Notes: generated from the letters alone by a model not told the origin. DNA of 64,000 nt from an uncultured Acidobacteriota bacterium (GCA_963804795.1 CAWDRS010000012.1:207322-271321), one strand, 5' to 3'; numbered from the stretch's first letter, positions 1 through 9,938 are shown. Numbers and translations: made by a program.

Positions 1-2021
1 TCGAAGTTCCCGCCCAGCTGGGGCGCCCATTTCGCGCCGACGACGGGCCAGATGTGGCTGTGATCAGCGCCGGCTTATGGGAGGGCAGATTCCAGCGCGA
101 TCCGGCAGTTATCGGGCGGTCGATCACCCTCGACGGCCGCCCGTTCACGATCGTCGGCGTCATGCCCGATCTCTTCCAGTTCCCGTATCGCGCCGGTTCG
201 ATGCTGCCCGGCGCAATGTCAGAGGCCAGGACCGATGTCTGGATTCCACTGCGGCTCGTGCGCACATCGCCGACCGGCCCGCTGTCGCGGGGCCGGGTCA
301 GCGCTGTCGCGCGGCTCAAGGCGCACGTCACGATCGACGCGGCGGCCGCGGAACTGAGGGGCATAGCCGCCCAGGTACAACGGCAACTGCCGGATCCGCT
401 GGCGCGGGTCGGCGTGCGACTCGAGCCGCTGGACGAGGTCGTGGTCGGACGAGTGCGGCGCTCCCTGTGGATGCTGTTCGCAGCGGTCGGCTTGGTCCTG
501 GCCGCGGCGTGCGCGAACGTGGCGAACCTGCTGCTCGCGCGCATGACGATCCGAATCCGCGAGGTCGTCACGCGTGCGGCGCTCGGCGCCTCGCGGCAGC
601 GCCTGGCGCGACAGCTGCTCACCGAGAGCCTGCTGCTCTCTCTTCTCGGCGGCGCCGCGGGAGTTCTGGTCGCACGCTGGGGCACCAGATTGCTCACGGA
701 CCTCGCGGCCACCAGGATCCCTCGCGCCCACGAGATCGCCCTCGACTGGCAGGCGTTCGCGTTCCTGCTCCTGATCTGCGTCGCCACGGCAATCCTGTTC
801 GGCCTGGCGCCAGCCCTCGCGGCCACGCGAGTCGACGTCCACAGCATGACGCGGGAATCGGCGGGGCATGCGACGCTCGCCGGACGGTACGGACGGCTGC
901 GGAATGCGCTCGTCGTGCTCGAAGTCGCTCTGGCGTTCGTGCTCGCAACCGGCGCGGCGACGGTCGTCAGGGAGATCTTCAGATTGCAGCGCGTGGACAA
1001 TGGGATGGCGATCGAGAACGTGCTGACGCTGCACATGACGCCGCGCGCACCCGCTCAGGACTACGCCGCCATCGAACGGCGTGTGGCGGCTCTCCCCGGC
1101 GTCGCGGCGGCGGGGCTCACTCAGTTCGTGCCGCTCCAGAACTGGGGATGGAACGCCGGCTTCGAAATCAAGGGCCGCACATCCCAGACTCGACTGACCG
1201 CCTCGCTGCGCTACGTGACGCCAGGCTACTTCCGGACGCTGGGCATCCGGATGCTCAAGGGTCGGGAATTCACCGAGCGCGACGACGCGGGTGCCCCAAT
1301 GGTGGTGGTGATCAATGAAGCACTGGCCCGGCGCTATTTTCCAGGCGAGGACCCGGTCGGCGTTGCGCTCGATCGCGGCCTCATCGTCGGCGTGATCGCC
1401 GATGTGCTGCAAGTCGGTCTCGATCGCCCGTCCGAACCGGAGATCTACTACGCGGCGGCGCAGAACGTCACGATGGCACCCGACATCGGCATGTCGCTCG
1501 CCGTCAGGACCTCGATTCCGCCCGATCGTGTGATCGATGCGATTCGCGGTGCCATTCGAGACGTCAACCCCAATCTCGCGATTTTCCACGTGCGGACGAT
1601 GACGCAGGTGGTGAGCGATTCACTCTGGGAGCTGCGGCTGTATCGGTGGCTCATCGGTGTCTTCGCGGCGCTGGCGCTGCTCCTGGCGGCCATCGGGCTG
1701 CACGGCGTGATCGCGTACAACGTGACGTCTCGTATGCGCGAGTTCGCGGTTCGGCTCGCGCTCGGCTCGGACCCTGGCGATCTCACGCGGCTCGTGGTCA
1801 GGCGTGCATTCCTGCTGGTAGGAGCAGGCCTGGCGGGGGGGCTCGTCTCCGCGATGGCGATCACGCCGTTCATGAAAACGCTCCCGATCGGCGCGACCAG
1901 CGGGCCCGTGACGTATGGAATCGTCTCGGTCGCGCTCATCGCCGTCGCACTGCTTGCGTGCCTCGTCCCGGCGCTGCGGGTGGCACGTGTGAACCCGGCG
2001 GCGGCGTTGCGGCATGAATAG
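1..2021 (+). CDS. ADOP/MacB-like FtsX-domain permease, 5' end outside window
   Basis: Frame 3 is open from nt 3 (EVPAQLGRPFRADDGPDVAVISAGLW...), so the listed ORF 54..2021 continues upstream. MacB-like periplasmic core plus C-terminal FtsX 4-TM module ending VARVNPAAALRHE. Paralogous to 10282..12789. No adjacent ABC ATPase. Confidence 0.85.
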   Translation, partial: EVPAQLGRPFRADDGPDVAVISAGLWEGRFQRDPAVIGRSITLDGRPFTIVGVMPDLFQFPYRAGSMLPGAMSEARTDVWIPLRLVRTSPTGPLSRGRVSAVARLKAHVTIDAAAAELRGIAAQVQRQLPDPLARVGVRLEPLDEVVVGRVRRSLWMLFAAVGLVLAAACANVANLLLARMTIRIREVVTRAALGASRQRLARQLLTESLLLSLLGGAAGVLVARWGTRLLTDLAATRIPRAHEIALDWQAFAFLLLICVATAILFGLAPALAATRVDVHSMTRESAGHATLAGRYGRLRNALVVLEVALAFVLATGAATVVREIFRLQRVDNGMAIENVLTLHMTPRAPAQDYAAIERRVAALPGVAAAGLTQFVPLQNWGWNAGFEIKGRTSQTRLTASLRYVTPGYFRTLGIRMLKGREFTERDDAGAPMVVVINEALARRYFPGEDPVGVALDRGLIVGVIADVLQVGLDRPSEPEIYYAAAQNVTMAPDIGMSLAVRTSIPPDRVIDAIRGAIRDVNPNLAIFHVRTMTQVVSDSLWELRLYRWLIGVFAALALLLAAIGLHGVIAYNVTSRMREFAVRLALGSDPGDLTRLVVRRAFLLVGAGLAGGLVSAMAITPFMKTLPIGATSGPVTYGIVSVALIAVALLACLVPALRVARVNPAAALRHE

Positions 2022-2042
2022 TCTCAATCAAGAGGTTCAACC

Positions 2043-3146
2043 TCATGAACCTTCTGATCCACACGACTCCCGGACGATCAGCTCGCAGTGCAGCAACACG
2101 TCGCGCGGGGGGAAGTCCGCGCGCGTGACGCGCTCCAACATCACGCCGAGCGCCACATCTCCAATCTGCTGCGTCGGTTGCCGAAGCGTTGTCAGCGGTA
2201 CCGGCAGCAGGCCTGCGTACTCGAGGTCGTCGATGCCGACCAGGCGCACGTGACCCGGGATGGCGTAGCCAAGTCGGAGCAGCGTGGGCATCAACCGCGC
2301 GGCCGTGCGATCGTTGGCACAGACCACCGCGTCGGGATGGGTGGCTTCCATGAAGTCACGCACGGCTGACGAGTCCGACGGATCGAGGCGCGCCGCGAGC
2401 TCGCGCGCGATCGGCAGGTTCGCAGCGTAGAGCGCCTCCCGATATCCCGCCTCGCGCGCGTCGACGGTCGCCGCCGCCTGCGGCACGGCGACAAACGCAA
2501 TCCGGCGACTTCCCAAGCGTGAGAGGTGTTCGGTGACGACGTAGCCCGCGCGACGGTTGTCGATCCCGACCAGGTCGTGATGCCCGCGGCGGGGATAGGG
2601 GAGCGCCGGACGATCGAGGAGCACGACCGGAATCCGCGCGGCGTCGAGCGCATCGACGATTCTGCGGTTGACGTCATCCTGGTGCGCCGTCTGTTCCAGC
2701 GGCGCGAAGAACACGCCGGACACCCGGCGATCGATGTACTGCCGGCACATCTGCCAGGCGCGATCTTCTTTCGAGTTCCCCGCACCGTTCGGGCTGCCCC
2801 AGATCAGCGCGTGGTGCCGGGCGAAGGGCGAGCCCATCATGCCCTGGCAGATGGGCTCGAAGATCTCCGTTTCTCCCAGATCGGGGATGAGGAGGCCGAA
2901 GGAGAGTCCCGCCTCCCGGGACGCCGCCTTCACGAACGTGCCCGAGCCGGCCCTCCGCTCCACGAGTCCGGCCACCTGCAGGTCCCGCATCGCGCGACCG
3001 ACCGTGATCCGCGAGGCGCCAAACTTCTGCCCAAGCTCCGCCTCACTCGGGAGCCTTGCGCCGTCGGCCAGCCGGCCGGACTGGATGTCGCGGCGAATCG
3101 ACGCGTAGACCTGCCGATGCTTGGGCAACTCTGCTTCGCTCCTCAT
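2043..3146 (-). CDS. GntR-type HTH regulator fused to LacI/PBP1-type sugar-binding domain
   Basis: N-terminal GntR wHTH (YASIRRDIQSGRLADGARLPSEAELGQKFGASRITVGRAMRDLQVAGLVERRAGSGTFV), then a periplasmic-binding-protein-like fold (LLIPDLGETEIFEPI, VVCANDRTAARLM). 367 aa. Confidence 0.8.
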   Translation of the reverse strand: MRSEAELPKHRQVYASIRRDIQSGRLADGARLPSEAELGQKFGASRITVGRAMRDLQVAGLVERRAGSGTFVKAASREAGLSFGLLIPDLGETEIFEPICQGMMGSPFARHHALIWGSPNGAGNSKEDRAWQMCRQYIDRRVSGVFFAPLEQTAHQDDVNRRIVDALDAARIPVVLLDRPALPYPRRGHHDLVGIDNRRAGYVVTEHLSRLGSRRIAFVAVPQAAATVDAREAGYREALYAANLPIARELAARLDPSDSSAVRDFMEATHPDAVVCANDRTAARLMPTLLRLGYAIPGHVRLVGIDDLEYAGLLPVPLTTLRQPTQQIGDVALGVMLERVTRADFPPRDVLLHCELIVRESCGSEGS

Positions 3147-3154
3147 GATGTAAA

Positions 3155-3164
3155 TGATATATCA
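3155..3164. promoter_or_regulatory. Perfect 10-bp palindrome TGATATATCA, candidate operator (copy 1)
   Basis: Lies 9 bp upstream of the regulator start codon (3146, minus). Same core recurs at 3280..3291. AT-rich palindrome in a GC-rich genome. Confidence 0.4.
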
Positions 3165-3238
3165 ACTTGACGCGACGAGGCAACAATATTGTCAGGCCTT
3201 AAACGTTGTTGTAGGCCAAAATTGGCAAAACATGGGAG

Positions 3239-3267
3239 TTGCCAGACCTCGAACCGGCTGCTATGCT
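3239..3267 (+). promoter_or_regulatory. Sigma70-like promoter candidate TTGCCA-17-TATGCT for the HAD operon
   Basis: Hexamers at 3239..3244 and 3262..3267 with a 17-nt spacer, 48 nt upstream of ATG 3315. Confidence 0.35.
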
Positions 3268-3279
3268 AGTTGCGCGTAA

Positions 3280-3291
3280 TTGATATATCAA
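3280..3291. promoter_or_regulatory. Perfect 12-bp palindrome TTGATATATCAA, candidate operator (copy 2)
   Basis: Located 13-24 nt downstream of the putative -10 and 24 nt before ATG 3315, a typical repressor position. Confidence 0.4.
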
Positions 3292-3314
3292 CATGAATAG
3301 GCGAGCGTACCCCC

Positions 3315-4139
3315 ATGGCCACCAGTCGTCCTCCGTCCCACTTCCTGATCGCCTCGGACTTCGATCAGACCCTGAGTTTCAATGACTCGGGCACCGTGCT
3401 CAGCGAGCTGATCGGTGCCTCGAACTTCCAGCAGAAGGTCGACGGGCTCGCACGAAGCAACCTGGTACAGCAGGGCGGCGAGCTGGCATATCTGATCCGC
3501 CACGACCCGGACTTCCGAGGCGTTCGACGCGAGCATCTCGAGGAGACGGGCCGGCGCGTCCGGCTGCGCAGCCATATTCCAGCGCTCGTCGATCTCCTCG
3601 ACCGCGGGATCGATGGCCATCGCTTCTCCTTCTTCGTGATTTCTGCCGCCCCGAAGGAGGTCATCGAGTCAGCGCTGGAGGGGATCGTGCCCGCGGACAG
3701 GATTTTTGGAACAGAGCTCGAATACGAGCCCGGTACCGGCGAAGTCAGGTCAGTGGCTCGCGTGCCCGCCGGGTACGGCAAGGTCGCGGTCGTGGAGGAG
3801 CTCGAGAGCCGGCTGGGAGTCGTGCCCGACCGGACCATCTACGTCGGCGACGGCAGCTCGGACGTGCACGTCATGCTGCACGTCAACAACCGCGACGGCT
3901 TCACGATTGCCGTCTCCGAGAACCGGCAGCTCGCGAGCATCGCGAAGAGCACGGTCCTCAGCGACAACGCGTTCTCGATCATGGCGCCGGTGCTCGAGCG
4001 CGTGCTCCGATGGGGAACGGGCGAAATCCGATCGCTCTTCGAATCGAATGGTCTGTCGCTGCACGAGTGGGAGAAGGCGCGGACCGACCGGATCATTCTT
4101 CGCGAGACTGCGGCCAACGAAGACGAGGCCGTGGCATGA
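3315..4139 (+). CDS. HAD-superfamily hydrolase (HAD-IB/phosphoserine-phosphatase-like)
   Basis: Motif I DxDxT in [12 protein letters not shown]; motif IV GDGSSDV. 274 aa. Confidence 0.7.
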   Translation: MATSRPPSHFLIASDFDQTLSFNDSGTVLSELIGASNFQQKVDGLARSNLVQQGGELAYLIRHDPDFRGVRREHLEETGRRVRLRSHIPALVDLLDRGIDGHRFSFFVISAAPKEVIESALEGIVPADRIFGTELEYEPGTGEVRSVARVPAGYGKVAVVEELESRLGVVPDRTIYVGDGSSDVHVMLHVNNRDGFTIAVSENRQLASIAKSTVLSDNAFSIMAPVLERVLRWGTGEIRSLFESNGLSLHEWEKARTDRIILRETAANEDEAVA

Positions 4140-4173
4140 GGCGGTATCCCCAGCACACACAAGGGGCGCGGTC

Positions 4174-4389
4174 GTGATCGAGTATCTCGGGTGGGCAGCC
4201 ACCGCGGTGTTCGTCGGATCCTACTTCTGCACTCGGAGCCACGTGCTCAAGGCCGTACAAATGGTCGGCGCCCTGATGTGGGTTGGCTACGGGCTCTTCA
4301 TCGGCGCGTCGCCTGTCGTCGCCGCAAACCTCGCCGTCTTCGCGGCCGCCGGTTGGACGCTCGTCCGTTCACGAGGGATTGCGGCTTAG
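4174..4389 (+). CDS. Small hydrophobic membrane protein, 71 aa (possibly SemiSWEET/CBU_0592-like)
   Basis: In-frame GTG at 4174 preceded by AAGGGG (4161..4166). Sequence VIEYLGWAATAVFVGSYF...MWVGYGLFIGASPVVAANLAVFAAAGW is almost entirely TM-like. The upstream part of ORF 3706..4389 is an out-of-frame overlap of the HAD gene. Family assignment is tentative. Confidence 0.5.
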   Translation: MIEYLGWAATAVFVGSYFCTRSHVLKAVQMVGALMWVGYGLFIGASPVVAANLAVFAAAGWTLVRSRGIAA

Positions 4390-4427
4390 TCCAGAGCGCC
4401 TCGAGTCCTTGAACGCATTTCTCGTGG

Positions 4428-4461
4428 CTTCCGCCTTCAGGCGGAAGATCGCTCTTTTCTT
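4428..4461 (+). terminator. Rho-independent terminator-like hairpin CTTCCGCC-TTCA-GGCGGAAG plus T-rich tail
   Basis: 8-bp GC stem at 4428..4447 followed by CTCTTTTCTT (4452..4461), 39 nt after the stop at 4389. The stem equals the terminal repeats of the family-B element. Confidence 0.55.
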
Positions 4462-4595
4462 GGCTCCTACCGAACCGCACCGCCGGCCTCCAGTTCGTCC
4501 CGCAACACCGAAAATCAACCTGCGAAACGGATTACACGCCTTTGGCGTTATTGTATCGGTTGCGTCGTCGACGACCGACGCGTCAAGGAGGCCGT

Positions 4596-6107
4596 ATGGG
4601 AGGAAGAGGTTGGAGCAGCCCGCTGGCTGCGGCGGTTTGCGCGACGACGCTGCTCGCGGTAGGAGCGGTCGGAGCCCAGCAGGCGGCGCCGCCCGCGCAG
4701 GCGCCCCAGGGCCAGGCGCCCGCGGGGGCGGGTCGGGGCGCTGGCGGTGGCCGTGGTGCCCCGGGCGCCGCGTTGTTCACGTTGGCGGACGCCGACAAGG
4801 ACGGCTCGGTGACCCGCGCGGAGTTCAAAACCACGTTCGACCAGTTCACCACCGCCTTGGACAAACGCTTTCCCACGTGGAACCAAGCCGCTGGCGCGCT
4901 GACAGACCAGCAACTCGCCGCCGGCCTCAACCTCGTGTTCCCGTCACCTGCCGGGACCTCCGGAGGCGGGCCCCAGAATCAGACGCCCAAGCCGGAAGAC
5001 CTGTCGGCCATGATGGCTGCGCTCCCGGACAAAGCACCGGCCACGCCGGCGCGGGCGCGCAAGGTGCTCGTCCTTGGCAAGGCGCAGGGCTTCGTCCACT
5101 CGTCCATTCCACTCGCCACGAAGACCGTCGAGGCGCTCGGAACGAAGACGAAGGCCTGGACCACGACGATCACCTACGATGCCGCCGATATCAACGCCGA
5201 GAACCTGAAGCAGTACGACGCCATCTTCCTCGCGAGCACGACGGGAACGTTCCTCGACGATCCGATCGATCCCGCGGCAACCGCCGCGCGCAAGAAGGCC
5301 CTGCTCGATTTCGTGCGCGGCGGGAAGGGGCTTGCCGGCATTCACGCCGCCAGCGACACCTATCATGGGAACCCGGCGTCGACGGACCAGGAGGGCTTCG
5401 GCGGCCGGCCGGGGAGGGGGCTTGCGACTCAATTGCTCGCCGTGGCCGACAAGAACGCCGACCAGAAGCTGACCAAGGATGAATTCGGCGCCGCGGCTGA
5501 TGCGCTCTTCGACAAAGTCGACTCCGACAAGTCAGGGAAAGTGGCGCAGGCCGACTTCGGAACGCGGATTGCGGCGGCATTCCCGCAACCACAAGCTCCA
5601 GCCGGGGGCGGACGCGGAGCTGGTGGTCCGCAGGTCAACGAGCCCCTCTGGCCAGAGTTCAACAAGATGGTCGGTGGCTACTTCAAGTGGCACTGGAACG
5701 ACCCGCAGCACATCTCCGTGAAAATCGACGACCCCAAGAGCCCGCTGACCGCGATGTTCAAGGGCCAGGGCTTCGAGATCAACGACGAGACCTACACGTT
5801 CGCCCAGGACTCGTTCTCGCGAGAGAACGTGCACGTCCTCACGAGCGTCGACTACTCGAAGATGAGCGACGAGGACAAGGCCAAGGAGCCGGCGCAGACC
5901 GCGCGCACCGACCACGATTTCGCACTGAGCTGGATCCGACGGGAAGGCCAGGGGCGCGTCTTCTACGAGGCCCACGGCCACAACGAAAAGAACTATGCGT
6001 TCAAGCCGCTGCTCGAACACGTGCTCGCCGGGATCCAGTATTCGCTCGGCGACCTGAAGGCGGACGACAGCCCGAGCGCGAAGCCGAAGTCAACGGCCTC
6101 GAAATAA
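4596..6107 (+). CDS. Secreted ThuA-domain protein carrying three EF-hand Ca-binding loops
   Basis: ATG 4596 preceded by AAGGAGG. Signal peptide WSSPLAAAVCATTLLAVGAVGAQQ. ThuA-like core KVLVLGKAQGFVHSSIPLATKTVEALG...GIHAASDTYHG and WHWNDPQHISVKIDD...VFYEAHGHNEK. EF loops DADKDGSVTRAE, DKNADQKLTKDE, DSDKSGKVAQAD. Confidence 0.75.
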   Translation: MGGRGWSSPLAAAVCATTLLAVGAVGAQQAAPPAQAPQGQAPAGAGRGAGGGRGAPGAALFTLADADKDGSVTRAEFKTTFDQFTTALDKRFPTWNQAAGALTDQQLAAGLNLVFPSPAGTSGGGPQNQTPKPEDLSAMMAALPDKAPATPARARKVLVLGKAQGFVHSSIPLATKTVEALGTKTKAWTTTITYDAADINAENLKQYDAIFLASTTGTFLDDPIDPAATAARKKALLDFVRGGKGLAGIHAASDTYHGNPASTDQEGFGGRPGRGLATQLLAVADKNADQKLTKDEFGAAADALFDKVDSDKSGKVAQADFGTRIAAAFPQPQAPAGGGRGAGGPQVNEPLWPEFNKMVGGYFKWHWNDPQHISVKIDDPKSPLTAMFKGQGFEINDETYTFAQDSFSRENVHVLTSVDYSKMSDEDKAKEPAQTARTDHDFALSWIRREGQGRVFYEAHGHNEKNYAFKPLLEHVLAGIQYSLGDLKADDSPSAKPKSTASK

Positions 6108-6123
6108 CGCCCGAGCGAACGAC

Positions 6124-6157
6124 AACAGGGTGCCGGCGGCGACGCCGACACCCTGTT
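6124..6157. terminator. Bidirectional GC hairpin between convergent genes
   Basis: AACAGGGTG...CACCCTGTT stem enclosing a second CGGCG-GCGA-CGCCG hairpin. Sits between the ThuA stop (6107) and the mmsA stop (6181). Confidence 0.45.
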
Positions 6158-6180
6158 CGCTTCTAGTCCGGGCGGCTTGC

Positions 6181-7641
6181 TCAGAACTTCCGTGACCAGT
6201 CCTTCGGCCAGCGCTCGACGACCACCTTTTCTTGCGTGTAGAACTCAACCGCGTCGCGGCCCTGCCCGTGGAGGTCTCCGAAGAAGCTTTCGCGCGCGCC
6301 GCTGAAGGGGAAGAACGCCATCGGCGCCGCGACCCCCACGTTGATCCCCACGTTCCCGACCTCGGCCTCGTAGCGGAACTTGCGGGCGCTCGCGCCGCTC
6401 GTCGTGAACAGGCACGCCTGATTGCCGTAGCCCCCCGTGTTCACGAACTTGATCGCCTCGTCTATGTCACTCACCGCGTGAATGGAGAGGACCGGTCCGA
6501 AGATCTCGGTCCGCGTGACGTCGCTCTCGAACGGCAGGCCCTCGAGCACCGTCGGCCGTACGAAGTTGCCGGCGGAGTAGTTGGGGATGGCTGGATGCCG
6601 GCCGTCGACGATCGGCCGCGCCCCGTCCTTCACGGCCTTTTCGATGAGTCCCTCGATGCGATTGCGGCTCTCGGGCGTGATCACCGGGCCCATCTGCACG
6701 CCGTCGTCCAGGCCGTAGCCGGTGACGCGGCGCGTCGCTCGATCGCGCATCGCCTCGGTGAACGGCGAGGCCGCCTCGCCGACGGCAATCGCCACCGACG
6801 AGGCGAGGCACCGCTGCCCGGCACACCCGAACGCACTGTCGGCGACAATCTCCGAGGTCGTCGTCAGGTCCGCGTCGGGCAGGATGACGACCGGATTCTT
6901 GGCGCCCCCCTGGCACTGGACGCGCTTGCCGGATGCGGCTCCGCGGGCGTACACGTGGCGCGCAACGGTGCTCGAGCCGACGAAGCTGACGGCGCGAATC
7001 GTCGGGTGATCCAGGATGGCGTCGACCGCCTCACGCCCTCCGTTCACGAGGTTCACCACCCCAGGCGGAAGTTTCAGCGCGTCGAGCAGCTCGAACACCT
7101 TCTGCATCGTCAGCGGCACCCGCTCGGACGGCTTGACGACGACCGTGTTTCCGCACGCGATGGCATACGGCAGGAACCAGAAGGGGATCATGCCGGGGAA
7201 GTTGAACGGCGCGATGATCGCGCAGACGCCGAGTGGCTGCCGGATCATCATCTCGTCGATGCCGGAGGCGATGTCCTCCGAGTTGTAGCCCTGGATGAGC
7301 GTCGGGGTGCCGCAGGCCACCTCGACGTTCTCGATCGCTCGGCGCATCTCGGCCCGGGACTCGACAAGGGTCTTGCCGCACTCCATCGTGATCGTGCGGG
7401 CCACGGCCTCGAAGTGCTCTTCGAGGAGCCCCTTCAACTTGAACAGATACTGGATCCGCTCGTTTACCGGCACCCGCCGCCAGCCAGGGAAAGCCCGGCT
7501 GGCGGCCTGGGCGGCCGCATCGACTTCCGCGGCTGGGGAAAGGGGAGTGCGGCCCAGCTCCTCGCCCGTCGCGGGATTGAGCACAGCCAGGCTCTCGACC
7601 GCTGTGGACTTCCGCCATTCACCCTGAACATAGTTGCGCAC
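6181..7641 (-). CDS. mmsA: Methylmalonate-semialdehyde dehydrogenase (CoA-acylating), ALDH family
   Basis: 486 aa. MRNYVQGEW...LNPATGE...[31 protein letters not shown]...catalytic Cys in [12 protein letters not shown] start preceded by GAAGGAG. Confidence 0.9.
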   Translation of the reverse strand: MRNYVQGEWRKSTAVESLAVLNPATGEELGRTPLSPAAEVDAAAQAASRAFPGWRRVPVNERIQYLFKLKGLLEEHFEAVARTITMECGKTLVESRAEMRRAIENVEVACGTPTLIQGYNSEDIASGIDEMMIRQPLGVCAIIAPFNFPGMIPFWFLPYAIACGNTVVVKPSERVPLTMQKVFELLDALKLPPGVVNLVNGGREAVDAILDHPTIRAVSFVGSSTVARHVYARGAASGKRVQCQGGAKNPVVILPDADLTTTSEIVADSAFGCAGQRCLASSVAIAVGEAASPFTEAMRDRATRRVTGYGLDDGVQMGPVITPESRNRIEGLIEKAVKDGARPIVDGRHPAIPNYSAGNFVRPTVLEGLPFESDVTRTEIFGPVLSIHAVSDIDEAIKFVNTGGYGNQACLFTTSGASARKFRYEAEVGNVGINVGVAAPMAFFPFSGARESFFGDLHGQGRDAVEFYTQEKVVVERWPKDWSRKF

Positions 7642-7673
7642 GGTTGCTCCTTCGCCGACCCTCGAGCTCGCTT

Positions 7674-7718
7674 GTAGCGCAGGGTTTCAGCCCTGCCTCG
7701 GCAGCCCTGAAGGGCTAC
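7674..7718. repeat. REP-like double hairpin (GCAGGGT-TTCA-GCCCTGC, AGCCC-TGAA-GGGCT)
   Basis: Seen directly. A related copy GCAGGGC-TTCA-GCCCTGC is at 45234..45251. Confidence 0.5.
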
Positions 7719-7758
7719 GTTCAAAACCGGCTGTCGCTTCAGTTTACCGCCACTCCCG

Positions 7759-7788
7759 TTGCGCTGGATGCCGATGATTGCGTATAGT
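7759..7788 (+). promoter_or_regulatory. Sigma70-like promoter candidate TTGCGC-18-TATAGT
   Basis: Hexamers at 7759..7764 and 7783..7788, 24 nt upstream of ATG 7812. Confidence 0.3.
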
Positions 7789-7811
7789 CGCCCTTCGCCT
7801 GTAGAGCCATC

Positions 7812-9047
7812 ATGAATACATTCCTCAAGACCCGTCTCGGCGTGATGATGTTCCTCCAGTACGTGATCTGGGGGGCCTGGTACGTGACCATTACCACGTA
7901 CCTCACGAGCACGCTGCAGTTTTCGGCGACAGCGGCAGGCGCCGTGTTCGGGACGACCGCCGTGGCCTCGCTCGTGTCCCCATTCTTCGTCGGTCTGGTG
8001 GCCGACCGGTTCTTCGCGACCGAGCGCGTCATGGCCGCCCTGTACATCCTCGGCGCGATTCTGATGTACCTCCTGACGCAGGTACAGAGCTTCGGCGCGG
8101 TGTACACGCTGGTGCTGGCGTTCTGCCTGTGTTACTTCCCGACCATCGCGCTCACGAACTCGATCACGATGCAGCAGGTGGCCGACCCCGGACGGGATTT
8201 CCCTCCGATCCGCGTCATGGGCACCCTCGGCTGGATTGCCATCAACAACGTGGTCGGGTGGATGCGAATCGAAGCCGCATCGACGCAGTTCCTGCTGGCG
8301 TCTGCGGCGTGCGTCGTCATGGCGATCTACAGCATCATGGCGCTGCCGCACACGCCGCCTCCGGCCCGCGGCAAGCAGGTGTCCGCCCGCCAGTTGCTGG
8401 GACTCGATGCCCTCGCGATGATGAAAGATCGGTCGTACCTGATCTTCGTGATTGCGTCGGTGCTCGCCTGCATTCCGTTGACGTTCTACTACTCCTTCAC
8501 GAATGCCTATCTGAACGACGTCGGCGTCGTGAACGCCGCCGGCAAGATGACGCTTGGGCAGGTCTCCGAAGTCGTGCTGATGCTGTTGATGCCGGTGATC
8601 TTCCGGTTCTACTCGGTCCGGACCATCTTGCTCTCGGGTCTGCTGGCGTGGGGGGTGCGGTACGTCCTGCTCGGCTATGGGGATGCCGGCTCCGGAATGT
8701 GGATGTTCTATGCCGCCATCCTGCTGCACGGCATCTGCTACGACTTCTTCTTCGTGACAGGCCAGCTCTACACCGACCAGGAAGCGCCGGCGCATTTGCG
8801 CAGCACTGCCCAAGGTTTCATCACGTTCGTGACCTACGGCGTCGGGATGCTCATCGGGTCGCTCCTCTCGGGAGGCGTGCTCGATTTCTTCACCGACGCG
8901 GCCGGACATCGACGATGGGACAGCTTCTGGCTCAGCTCGGCGCTGATGTCATTCGCCATCATGCTGCTCGTACTCTTCTTCTTCCGGAGCTCACGCCGAA
9001 TCCAGGCGTCGAACGCCGCCCCGGCGCCAGCCGAGGCTCCCGCCTGA
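7812..9047 (+). CDS. Nucleoside:H+ symporter family MFS permease (NupG/XapB/YegT-like)
   Basis: 411 aa. N-terminus LKTRLGVMMFLQYVIWGAWYVTITTYL and DFPPIRVMGTLGWI align with E. coli NupG (LKILSFLQFCLWGSWLTTLGSYM, DFPPIRIWGTIGFI). Confidence 0.85.
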   Translation: MNTFLKTRLGVMMFLQYVIWGAWYVTITTYLTSTLQFSATAAGAVFGTTAVASLVSPFFVGLVADRFFATERVMAALYILGAILMYLLTQVQSFGAVYTLVLAFCLCYFPTIALTNSITMQQVADPGRDFPPIRVMGTLGWIAINNVVGWMRIEAASTQFLLASAACVVMAIYSIMALPHTPPPARGKQVSARQLLGLDALAMMKDRSYLIFVIASVLACIPLTFYYSFTNAYLNDVGVVNAAGKMTLGQVSEVVLMLLMPVIFRFYSVRTILLSGLLAWGVRYVLLGYGDAGSGMWMFYAAILLHGICYDFFFVTGQLYTDQEAPAHLRSTAQGFITFVTYGVGMLIGSLLSGGVLDFFTDAAGHRRWDSFWLSSALMSFAIMLLVLFFFRSSRRIQASNAAPAPAEAPA

Positions 9048-9146
9048 CCCAGCTGTCGCCGCGGCGAACCCGACCGCCGGCGGCTTCCGCCGGCGCGGGA
9101 AAGCAGGTATCCTGTTCAGCCCCGACTGACCAGCCCTCCCTCATCC

Positions 9147-9857
9147 ATGACCACGCCACCCACCCAACGCGCCGCTGGACACGCGCGCGTCAACATCATT
9201 TTCATCGGTCCACCTGGGTCGGGAAAAGGCACGCAGGCCGTCCGAATCGCCGAGCGGTACCGCATTCCGCATATCTCGACTGGAGACATCCTCCGCGCCA
9301 CCGTCAAGGCGCGGTCCGAGCTTGGGCGCCAGGTCGCGGCGACCCTCGCCGGGGGTGGACTGGTGAGCGACGGCCTGATGACTGATCTGGTCCGCTCGCG
9401 CCTGGCGAAGCCCGACGTGCTGCGCGGGTTCCTGCTCGACGGCTTCCCGAGAACCGTCAGGCAGGCGCAGGCGCTCGACGACATTCTCGCCGGCGCGCCC
9501 CTCATCGTCGCGCTCATGTCCGTGCCGGACGAGGCGATCATCCGGCGGCTCGGCAATCGGCGAGTGTGCGAGTCCTGCTCGATCACGCAGTCGGTCTCGG
9601 AGGGGAGCGACGGCCAGAACGATTCCTGCCCTTATTGCGGCGGCCGCCTCGTGCGGCGCCAGGACGACGAGCCCGCCACGATTCGGCGCCGATTGCAGAA
9701 CTATGCCGAATTCGCCGAGCCGCTCATCGAGTACTACAGGGCGCGTCCGTCCTTCGGATCGATCGACGGCCTCCAGCACCCGAACCAGGTGACCACAGCG
9801 CTGATCGCGCACATCGAAAGACACCTTGCCGGGATCGAGGGGGATCGGGACCGCTGA
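9147..9857 (+). CDS. adk: Adenylate kinase with zinc-lid
   Basis: P-loop IGPPGSGKGTQA, ISTGDILRA; lid cysteines CESC...CPYCGG. Confidence 0.95.
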   Translation: MTTPPTQRAAGHARVNIIFIGPPGSGKGTQAVRIAERYRIPHISTGDILRATVKARSELGRQVAATLAGGGLVSDGLMTDLVRSRLAKPDVLRGFLLDGFPRTVRQAQALDDILAGAPLIVALMSVPDEAIIRRLGNRRVCESCSITQSVSEGSDGQNDSCPYCGGRLVRRQDDEPATIRRRLQNYAEFAEPLIEYYRARPSFGSIDGLQHPNQVTTALIAHIERHLAGIEGDRDR

Positions 9858-9938
9858 CGAGCCGCAGCGCCAAAATCGGTGTCAAAGCGTTGGCGATGGA
9901 AGCTGAGAATGCAGCCTCTGTCAGAGGGAAGGGCTTGG

